Below are positions 55,417 to 62,801 of a DNA stretch of 64,000 nucleotides, piece by piece; within the stretch, counting starts at the first letter, position 1; the number at the start of each line of letters is the position of its first letter. The translations under genes and the position numbers were made by a program. The DNA is from a virus. The stretch is taken from positions 1 through 64,000 of the IMG/VR virus record IMGVR_UViG_3300038417_000475; one strand, written 5' to 3'. The notes under the pieces are model-generated. The model searched no databases and had not been told where the DNA came from. It saw only the letters and a list, made by a program, of their open reading frames with translations.

Positions 55417-56361
55417 CTACTCTATGACGCTCTGCGCTACGGAGCCCGTAATGAATTTATGGTCGATCTCCGGGCAGGCCATCAGGTCACTCGGGAAATC
55501 ATTGCCTTCCAGGTAGGGCAGGAACGGCTCTGCCAGCCTGTGGAATACAGCTTCGATCGCCGACTTCTTAAAATCCTCAGGGTGGACCTGGATATCGACA
55601 TACATGGCCTCTCCCATCCAGTTGCAGACCTCCTGGATGGTGGGAGGCTTGGGGTTTGTCAGCCAGTATTTGCCGGCGAGCTGCTGTTTGACGATGTAAT
55701 CCGCCACCGCGTCGACAGGGACCAGGTTGATATGCCCGTCCGGATTGCCTTTGACCCTGAACTGCGGTGTCAGAACAGGCAAACGCAACGTACCTTCGAT
55801 GGCCCGCCTCACAATCTCAGCCCTTTCATGGACTGCGCAGATTCCCCGGGCAAACTGGTAGAGGGCGCCCATCGAAGGCTTGATGATATTCATGCAGGGG
55901 ATGATCACCCCCGGCTTGAAGACAGCCTTGAAGAGCCAGGTCTGGGCATCGACCGCCTTCTCCGCCGCTTTCTTGGAGATCTCGTAGGAATTGCGCCCTA
56001 TGGTGTACGCCGTCCCAACGTAGAAAAGTTGCGATACGTTATAGCGTTTGCAGAAGTCGATTACATGAATAGTGCCATCGTAATTCGTCTTCCAGACCCG
56101 GTCTTCGTGCTTCGTTCCCAGGTTGATATCCGCCGCCAGGTGGTAAAGAGCGTCAAATCTGCGGACGTTAGCCTCGTCCTCTCTGACTCCCAGCAGATTC
56201 TCCACAATATCGCCATGGATGATATCCATATCCGGAAAGAGCTTCTTCGTTTTATCCACGTCGCGGGCTATGAGAGTCACGAGATCACCGCGCTCGATGA
56301 GTCGCGGTACCACTTCCTGCCCGAGCTGCCCCGATGCGCCTGTCACCAGAATCTTCATCAT
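55417..56361 (-). CDS. extended SDR oxidoreductase (fatty acyl-CoA/thioester reductase-like)
   Basis: ILVTGASGQLG, YHLAA, TN..GT, NSYEISK (YxxxK), NLVPVDAVA. Confidence 0.85.
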   Translation of the reverse strand: MMKILVTGASGQLGQEVVPRLIERGDLVTLIARDVDKTKKLFPDMDIIHGDIVENLLGVREDEANVRRFDALYHLAADINLGTKHEDRVWKTNYDGTIHVIDFCKRYNVSQLFYVGTAYTIGRNSYEISKKAAEKAVDAQTWLFKAVFKPGVIIPCMNIIKPSMGALYQFARGICAVHERAEIVRRAIEGTLRLPVLTPQFRVKGNPDGHINLVPVDAVADYIVKQQLAGKYWLTNPKPPTIQEVCNWMGEAMYVDIQVHPEDFKKSAIEAVFHRLAEPFLPYLEGNDFPSDLMACPEIDHKFITGSVAQSVIE

Positions 56362-56379
56362 TACCTCCACAGTTCCTTA

Positions 56380-56821
56380 TTAAACCGCCAAGGCAAATTG
56401 CCGCCGTTGCTTTTGGCAGGCACGGCAAAATCTATAACCATGCCAGGCATACGTATTTTCTTCATCAAAAGGATGCCCATGCTTACAAGCTGTTTTCTTG
56501 GCATTCAAGGCAGTCGGGCTAAGACCACGAAGAAGATTTATCTTAAGCGGAACAGGCTCCAAATGCCCTGGATTCACGCATAAGGTATTTATGCAGCCTC
56601 TAGCCTTCACATGATCTAGCGTATAACTTTCAGGTATGGGCCCCACCATGAGTTCATAGGAAAAACGGTGTGCCAACACATGCTTGCCATTAACTTTAAA
56701 CATCCCATACCTAAGCCCACCCCTACCACTACTAGTACCTGCCTGCCAGAGCCAGCAGGCATCAGGATCAGTATGAGGCCCGACTTTCTCCCAAAACCGC
56801 TCTTCAACTGTTTTTTTTCAT
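56380..56821 (-). pseudogene. HNH homing endonuclease with a +1 frameshift in an A8 run after the start codon
   Basis: With A7 it reads MKKTVEERFWEKV...CWLW...AHRFSY...LDH...C.N.LCVNPGHL; the ATG overlaps the upstream stop. Confidence 0.8.
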
Positions 56822-57084
56822 CGTCGGTTATCACAGCCCTTATGGCTATAGTGGGCATCCTTCCCCTTTTTGCCCACCCTCATCAGTGTGCCACCTCCTC
56901 GCCCACAGTGCACGCAGACAATCGGCCCTCCGGGAGCTGGAGGCGGTAAGCCCGGGACAGCATCCAGGATAGGGATGTCCGAGACCAACTTCCCGGGCAC
57001 CTTTGGGTATTGATCCATCAATTCCCGCAAGTGAACCAGAGACTGGGTGGCACTCCCCACCAGCACAACTCGTTTCTCGTCCAT
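56818..57084 (-). CDS. small zinc-finger hypothetical protein
   Basis: CVHC...H..C. Confidence 0.5.
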   Translation of the reverse strand: MDEKRVVLVGSATQSLVHLRELMDQYPKVPGKLVSDIPILDAVPGLPPPAPGGPIVCVHCGRGGGTLMRVGKKGKDAHYSHKGCDNRR

Positions 57085-57085
57085 A

Positions 57086-58234
57086 TCAAGCCCAGTAGAG
57101 CAAAATTCCATACGTTTTGAAGCCGGCGCCCATTGTGAGCACCAGGCCCCAGTCGCCCGGCTGGGCCTGCTCTTTCGCCAGGCGCCCGATTGAAGCAATG
57201 GTAGCAGAACTCTGGTTACCCTGCTGCCTCAGGATTTGCCTCGAGTAAGCCAGCTTCTCCTCCGGGATCTTCAGGCGATCGCGGATATTGTCCAGGACTT
57301 TGACCCCGCCCGGGTGAATAATAAGGTGTTTGATGTCGCGCAGCGTCATCCCCGGGACCTGTTCCAGGATTCTGTTTACCACCCTCTCGACCAGCACAGG
57401 TGCCACCTTCGGCACATCCTTGTCCAGCTTCACCTTCAGCCGGCCGTCCACCCAGTCAAAGCCAAGATAGTCAATATAGCGGCGGTCGAACTCTTCGGCA
57501 AAAGCCCAGATCCAGGGGTGCTTCGGGTTGTCATCCTGCCCGATCAAACAGGCACAGGCCCCGTCGCTGAAAATGGCATTGGCCACCGTATTCTCCAGGT
57601 CTTTCTCCGGAGCCGGGTAGAACGTGGCGGTGCAGATCTCCGCCGTTATTACCAGCGCGGGGTAGCCCGTCTGCATGAAATGGTCATGGGCCCTGCGGAT
57701 AGCCGGAGCTCCGCCAACGCACCCGCCTCCGATCATATCGGTATGCTCAATATCAGAGGGCAGCTTCAGCAGCATCGAATAAAAGTAACTCAGAGAGGGG
57801 CAGAGCAGCCGGGGTTGCGTTGTGGTAGCAAAGGTGATTGAGCCGATGTCCTTACGGATCTCTAAACCTTCGATGCACTGTAAGGCGGCTTCCAGCCCCA
57901 GGTTTACAGCACCCGCCTCATATTCCTGGCACATCTGCTCAAAGGTCATATTACGCAGCTTGCTGGGATGAATCCAGCACGGCCGCCGGTCGATCCCGGA
58001 ATTCTTGAAGATATTCCAGACCCGTTGAGACGTGTAGCCCAGGGCATCATATGCTTCCTTCTGGGTCACAAATGTCTTGGGGACTGCGGTACCCAGTGAG
58101 ATGATCTTGGCCCTCTTCGGCTTCCGATAATAGGCCGCCGAGCGTTGGGGGGCTGCCTCTTCCTGCCGTTTAATAGTTTCAGGAGTCCGGGTATCCGGAA
58201 AGCCGTTCAGGTCTGGTCTGGTTGCAATCATCAT
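57086..58234 (-). CDS. type III polyketide synthase (chalcone/alkylresorcinol synthase family)
   Basis: Catalytic triad GGGCVGG (Cys), IHPGG (His), GNQSSA (Asn); AEIC, AIFSDGA, MGAGF. Confidence 0.95.
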   Translation of the reverse strand: MMIATRPDLNGFPDTRTPETIKRQEEAAPQRSAAYYRKPKRAKIISLGTAVPKTFVTQKEAYDALGYTSQRVWNIFKNSGIDRRPCWIHPSKLRNMTFEQMCQEYEAGAVNLGLEAALQCIEGLEIRKDIGSITFATTTQPRLLCPSLSYFYSMLLKLPSDIEHTDMIGGGCVGGAPAIRRAHDHFMQTGYPALVITAEICTATFYPAPEKDLENTVANAIFSDGACACLIGQDDNPKHPWIWAFAEEFDRRYIDYLGFDWVDGRLKVKLDKDVPKVAPVLVERVVNRILEQVPGMTLRDIKHLIIHPGGVKVLDNIRDRLKIPEEKLAYSRQILRQQGNQSSATIASIGRLAKEQAQPGDWGLVLTMGAGFKTYGILLYWA

Positions 58235-58449
58235 ACCCCCGGAGCTTTCGGCATCGGCTGGTCAAATGCGTGGGCATAATCTTCCAAAGCCACATAGTAA
58301 TCCACTACACCCTTCCTGAATTCTGGGGTTTCTATAAGAAGCTCCATCAGTTTTCTGAAACCATCACGGCCTAATCCCCTGATTTCTTCCGGGCTCAGTA
58401 TATAATCTGGATCCTTCTGGTACTTTTCAAAAATCTCTTCCGGCTTCAT
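58231..58449 (-). CDS. hypothetical protein
   Basis: AAGGAGG RBS, ATGA overlap. Confidence 0.55.
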   Translation of the reverse strand: MKPEEIFEKYQKDPDYILSPEEIRGLGRDGFRKLMELLIETPEFRKGVVDYYVALEDYAHAFDQPMPKAPGV

Positions 58450-58460
58450 TTAGGCCTCCT

Positions 58461-59423
58461 TCATTTCGCCACCGCCTGGCTGATGACCAGTGCCAGCATC
58501 CACAGGAACATCACCCCCATTGCCGCCATAATCGCCTTGTTGTTGAATTTCAGCTCAGCCTGCTTGACGTCCGGCTTTGTTTCGCAGACCGCCAGGATGC
58601 AGTAGATAAACGGCGGCATGAGGGCCAGAGTAGAGAGCGTCAGCGGCGCTAGGTACCCGCCGATGACAAGGGCTATCTGGATGATGTACGCAAAGCCCAG
58701 CAGTGTACACGTAAAGAGCACCGGGTTGACTCCCGTCTTCCAGGCCAGGGCGCCCATGTTGCGGAGTCCGGAACTCCAGTTGACATCCGCATCGAACGCC
58801 TGGTCGATGAATTCCGCGCCAAACCCAAACGTCCAACCGAAAACTAGCCCTGCCATAAAAGCCGGGCCGAAATTGTGGAACACAAATGTGCTGGAGGCCG
58901 CAGCTCCAAGACAACATGCCAATGGCCCAAAGCCCAAACCCAACACAGTCTCGCAGGCATAATGTAATTTACCGAGGGAATAAAACGGAGAACAGAGAGC
59001 TGATAGCCCCCATGGCAGCCAAATCCAAGCTGAGGCATAGTGAGCAATGATCGCAGCCACTACCGCAGACGCAGCCAACCAGCAGAGGGCATTGACAAGA
59101 ACTTCAGTTGGCTTCATCAAGCCAGTCACAATGACCTGGTTGCCGCTGGTGTAGGACTTCGGCTTCGAGGTATCATCGCCGATATGGTCAATCCCTGTAG
59201 TATAGTCAAAGAATGTATTGAGTGAGTGTTCCCCAGCCATCAATAGACCAGAGCAGACGATTGCTAACGCAATCAGCCAGCCCGCAGCGCCGGTGAGAAT
59301 GCAACCGAGGGCCACGGCACATCCGGCTGCTGGCAATGCAAAGGGTCTACTTAATATGACTATGTGGATTCTTGCTCTTTGTAGTAACGAAAGTCCTGAT
59401 TTTGGCAGTAACTTTTGGCTCAT
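58461..59423 (-). CDS. UbiA-family (MenA-like) membrane prenyltransferase
   Basis: SRP..LP, NTFFDYTTGID (NxxxDxxxGxD), DQAFD, 8-9 TM segments. Confidence 0.9.
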   Translation of the reverse strand: MSQKLLPKSGLSLLQRARIHIVILSRPFALPAAGCAVALGCILTGAAGWLIALAIVCSGLLMAGEHSLNTFFDYTTGIDHIGDDTSKPKSYTSGNQVIVTGLMKPTEVLVNALCWLAASAVVAAIIAHYASAWIWLPWGLSALCSPFYSLGKLHYACETVLGLGFGPLACCLGAAASSTFVFHNFGPAFMAGLVFGWTFGFGAEFIDQAFDADVNWSSGLRNMGALAWKTGVNPVLFTCTLLGFAYIIQIALVIGGYLAPLTLSTLALMPPFIYCILAVCETKPDVKQAELKFNNKAIMAAMGVMFLWMLALVISQAVAK

Positions 59424-60144
59424 CCTTCAGTTCCTCCTCCCAAATAACGAGGCATTTGATTCCAAGAGCATTATAAGCCATGATTCTACCGAGCTCTGTT
59501 CGTCTCCACTTTGGATTGTTCCCTTCGTGCCAATAGCGTCCGAAGGCTTCAATCACCATTTTGCGGCCATTTTTATTGAAGAAATCAGGGATCATCCCAT
59601 CAATAATAACCTTGCCATCACCAGTGTATTCCCATTCGCCTGGATAGTCCCTCTCCAGCAGTACCTCCAGGTTCTTCTCCAGCTTCGTTGGCTTAATCAA
59701 TGCCCTATTTGATTCAGCCCTTAATTGTCGATATGCCCTAGAACTTGTCCAGCACTTCGAGGAACAATATTCACCTGTCCCCTTAGTAGTCATAGCTGAC
59801 CTTGGAACTCTGAAATCCCTCCCACAATTCAGGCAAATGCGGGCTACCCTCCTATTTCTATGATCTGAGCATTTCCGGGAGCAGAATTTCCGGGTACGCC
59901 GCAACCCCGGTTCCTTCACTGGGAGGGTTTTGCCACATTTAGCACAAGAGATGATTCTGGGTTCTTTCTTAACCCAATTCTTGCTGAAATTCTTCACAAT
60001 GGTCTGATAATCTTGAGGAAGAGAGCCAAACCAAACTAGGCGGCAGGGATTCGAACAAAAGTTGTGCTCACGTACTAGCCAGGAAGCTTTCTGAAATTGC
60101 TTGCCACACGTAGTGCAGGTTACCTCACGCATTACAGTTGTCAT
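59347..60144 (-). CDS. zinc-finger-repeat Vsr/PD-(D/E)xK-like endonuclease (probable free-standing homing endonuclease)
   Basis: Three CxxC...FCSxxC repeats; IPDF, IEAFGRYWH, LVIWEEE. Confidence 0.8.
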   Translation of the reverse strand: MTTVMREVTCTTCGKQFQKASWLVREHNFCSNPCRLVWFGSLPQDYQTIVKNFSKNWVKKEPRIISCAKCGKTLPVKEPGLRRTRKFCSRKCSDHRNRRVARICLNCGRDFRVPRSAMTTKGTGEYCSSKCWTSSRAYRQLRAESNRALIKPTKLEKNLEVLLERDYPGEWEYTGDGKVIIDGMIPDFFNKNGRKMVIEAFGRYWHEGNNPKWRRTELGRIMAYNALGIKCLVIWEEELKDEPKVTAKIRTFVTTKSKNPHSHIK

Positions 60145-60791
60145 ATTAGCTTACATAGTGCCATTACCAAAGCACTCGCAAGGGGTATGGAGAAATTATC
60201 ATCGATATATCTTGTAGTTTTCGTGAATCTTTCTGCAAGCACAGCAGTAATGGCCCCGACAGCGCCAATCCAGTAGGGTTGGATGAAGTATGCGAGCAAG
60301 AGACAGGTTACCACCATACCCACGCTGCCCCACAATCCTTTGACTTCTCTCCCATAGACACGGCTACGGATGAGCCCCGTTATCGCATCCCCTCCCCCCA
60401 TGAACGTCAGAGGAACTATTGCCAACCAGGGTTCGTGGTATATCCCCCAGAGAACGCCGATGAGAACAGCTCCGGTGGCTGGGAAATGTATTTCGGCTAG
60501 AGCATCTAATCTCCCGGAGCCACCCACACCACGGAAAAGACCAGGGCGGAAAACCCTGGCATAAAGTAACAGGATTGTGAATCCGGCTGTCAGAATAAAT
60601 GGCCACCAGAAATTATGGAACAGGAAAGGCATCAGAAGAAATCCAAGACAACCCCCCAGGTGACCTATTTTCCTGCTGATATACTGCGGCACTTTATAGT
60701 CATAGAAGAGATTGGCCAGATACAAGGACGTGAGAACTCCGAGGAGTATCAGGGCAACGTATGGCAATTCGTGTACGTAGCTCATTCTCAT
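60141..60791 (-). CDS. CTP-dependent isoprenoid-alcohol kinase (phytol/dolichol kinase family)
   Basis: SRKIGH, GDAITGLI, KGLWGS, DDNFSIP; polytopic membrane protein. Confidence 0.85.
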   Translation of the reverse strand: MRMSYVHELPYVALILLGVLTSLYLANLFYDYKVPQYISRKIGHLGGCLGFLLMPFLFHNFWWPFILTAGFTILLLYARVFRPGLFRGVGGSGRLDALAEIHFPATGAVLIGVLWGIYHEPWLAIVPLTFMGGGDAITGLIRSRVYGREVKGLWGSVGMVVTCLLLAYFIQPYWIGAVGAITAVLAERFTKTTRYIDDNFSIPLASALVMALCKLI

Positions 60792-61186
60792 CTCCCTAAA
60801 TGCAGCATCTTTTTGATTTCCTTGAGCCAGTCTTCTATAGCCTGCATCAGCTCTTCGGTATCGTAGAGTTCCTCCGTACCGCTGACCATGATAAGCCGGT
60901 GCGCCTTTGCCGCCCTCGGGGTTATCACACCGTCAACAAGGTCGAAGAACGTATCTTCGTGCATCAGGATCTTGTTCCGCACTTCACACGGTTCTTCGAG
61001 AAGGTGCAGCTTTCCCTCGTAGTATTTGAGGTAGAAAAGGCCTCCTTCTTCCCCCAGTACTTTGAGTTCAGCGGCCCGCCCCTCCGCGGACTTCAGCTTT
61101 TCTTTGATCTCTGCCGGCAGCCGCTGCATCAGGGAAGCCTGCCGTTTTTCCGCTCGCGCGAGTAGATCTGCAACAAGGCCAGCCAT
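60788..61186 (-). CDS. SCP2 (sterol carrier protein-2-like) lipid-binding protein
   Basis: GG.FYL....G.L......I.M..DTF..L..G...P..A.....I.VSG. Confidence 0.7.
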   Translation of the reverse strand: MAGLVADLLARAEKRQASLMQRLPAEIKEKLKSAEGRAAELKVLGEEGGLFYLKYYEGKLHLLEEPCEVRNKILMHEDTFFDLVDGVITPRAAKAHRLIMVSGTEELYDTEELMQAIEDWLKEIKKMLHLGR

Positions 61187-61196
61187 ATACCCTCCT

Positions 61197-62192
61197 TTAA
61201 GTGAGTTTGGCTATAACTCTCCCGCCCATTTTAGTTATTCCCCTCTTGACCCTCTGCCCCCTTGATTCTCTCCGGAGTGTAACCGGCTTGGCTGTCAAAA
61301 TATCCTGCGCCAGTTTTGTAAAATACGGTTTCAATGCGTTCATGTCCGGGGTCTGGGGAATGGACATCAGAAACGGGATCCCGCAATCCCTGGCCTCTTT
61401 TCCCATAGCTAGCTTGGGGGAAAGCAGCTGGTGGCTCACCCTCCCGCAGCTCGGGCACAAATAGCCGTCCATCATCGAGAGAAGACCGATTATGGGCACT
61501 TCCTCGAGCCTCAAAAAGTCGACGGTTCTCCTCATGCCGAGTGCCGAGATTTCTGACGGTTGGGAGACTATAATCACACCTAGCAGTCCACTTAGGTGCT
61601 CAAAAAACGAGAAAACTTCGGATGCAGTTGATGGCGGCATATCCGCCAGAAGAATCTCCGTGTCATCGGGCCACTGCACCTGTTCCGATAAGAGTTGACG
61701 GATGATTGAAGCCCTGTTGGAAACATACGTTTGTTTCAGGTACCAGGCCTGATGGTTATACACATCGGCTTCCTGAACGATCTCGAAGGAAGAATGTACG
61801 TCGGGATTCTTCTCGAGAAACTCTTTGCATTTCTGTACGATGTCCTGATTGGCCTTCAGCCAGTTCTGCACCTTCTCCATCACTTCATCGGGGATCTCAA
61901 CGGTGCCCGTCTCACCCTTCCACATGACGGAATTAGCTTCGCCAAAATGAGCACAAATCGAGAACAGATAATATCCGTTGATTTCCGGAGGAATGAGCTT
62001 GCGTTGTTCCGTTGATGTTTTGATGCGTGGGGGTTCCGAGAGCCCCAACGCCTTGTGAAGTGTACTGCCGCTCAGGTCGATATCCAGAAATCCGACCCTG
62101 TGCCCCATATCGCGTAATGCCAGCCCCAGAAGTGCCGTAACGGTGCTTTTCCCGACCCCGCCCTTCTGGCTCCAGACCGCGATTTTTTTCAC
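61197..62192 (-). CDS. Mrp/ApbC/NBP35-family P-loop ATPase (Fe-S carrier-like) with internal insertion
   Basis: SQKGGVGKSTV, DIDLSG, DMPP, CPSCG; probable leaderless GTG start at 62192. Confidence 0.85.
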   Translation of the reverse strand: MKKIAVWSQKGGVGKSTVTALLGLALRDMGHRVGFLDIDLSGSTLHKALGLSEPPRIKTSTEQRKLIPPEINGYYLFSICAHFGEANSVMWKGETGTVEIPDEVMEKVQNWLKANQDIVQKCKEFLEKNPDVHSSFEIVQEADVYNHQAWYLKQTYVSNRASIIRQLLSEQVQWPDDTEILLADMPPSTASEVFSFFEHLSGLLGVIIVSQPSEISALGMRRTVDFLRLEEVPIIGLLSMMDGYLCPSCGRVSHQLLSPKLAMGKEARDCGIPFLMSIPQTPDMNALKPYFTKLAQDILTAKPVTLRRESRGQRVKRGITKMGGRVIAKLT

Positions 62193-62199
62193 GTTCTTG

Positions 62200-62229
62200 A
62201 TTATATGCGCACGTTTCTTACGTTGTAAA
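62200..62229 (-). promoter_or_regulatory. class B promoter (leftward arm of divergent pair)
   Basis: TTTACAACGTAAGAAACGTGCGCATATAAT. Confidence 0.75.
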
Positions 62230-62259
62230 TGCCCCAAACGCGCACTGCCTCGCGCTCTA

Positions 62260-62288
62260 TTTACAACGCAATGCGCACGTTTTATAAT
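62260..62288 (+). promoter_or_regulatory. rightward promoter of divergent pair (leaderless)
   Basis: TTTACAACG...N17...TATAAT, with the ATG 7 nt downstream. Confidence 0.7.
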
Positions 62289-62295
62289 CCGATTT

Positions 62296-62541
62296 ATGAC
62301 AATAGAAAACACTACTGAAACCCAGCCTGAAACCCCGGCAGCAGATGTCCCATCGGAAGTCTATCGTTTGACTGTGGAAATGCCCGAAAAGTACCGTAAA
62401 ATTCTGAAGACTGCGGCGCAGCAGGCATTTCTCCTGAAGAAGATAGATGAGCCCTCGGTACACAACGTAATGAACCTCTTCATTAACCTGGGGCTTCAGT
62501 ATCTGGTGGACGAAGGCCGCAGAGCACAAGGCTACAGATGA
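62296..62541 (+). CDS. putative ribbon-helix-helix regulator
   Basis: RLTVEMPEKYRKILKTAA...SV..VM...I..GL pattern. Confidence 0.55.
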   Translation: MTIENTTETQPETPAADVPSEVYRLTVEMPEKYRKILKTAAQQAFLLKKIDEPSVHNVMNLFINLGLQYLVDEGRRAQGYR

Positions 62542-62801
62542 CCCACGAGCGTCTGGAAACGCTGCGTTACATTGGGCAATGGCGGGTAGTCACCGCAGAT
62601 GGCGTCGCCTCCGCCCTGGGCATATCATATAACACAGCAGTCAGACGGCTGGAACGTATGAGGGATATGGGGCTGGTCAGATCGGACACCAACTTCGTCA
62701 TGCAAAAGGAATTCGGCCCGGTGCATTTGGACTGGAGCCTCACCAGAAACGGAAGAAAGAGGCTCGAATATTTTGAACAACATCTTCGGGAGGTGGCATA
62801 A
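62538..62801 (+). CDS. winged-helix DNA-binding protein
   Basis: TADGVASALGISYNTAVRRLERMRDMGLV...W.LT..G. Confidence 0.8.
   Translation: MTHERLETLRYIGQWRVVTADGVASALGISYNTAVRRLERMRDMGLVRSDTNFVMQKEFGPVHLDWSLTRNGRKRLEYFEQHLREVA

Noticed and set aside
55258-56583. 441-aa + strand ORF and other long antisense ORFs (for example 1437-2165, 22960-23664, 27463-28185)
   Set aside because: They shadow well-supported genes on the opposite strand and have no motifs or RBS.
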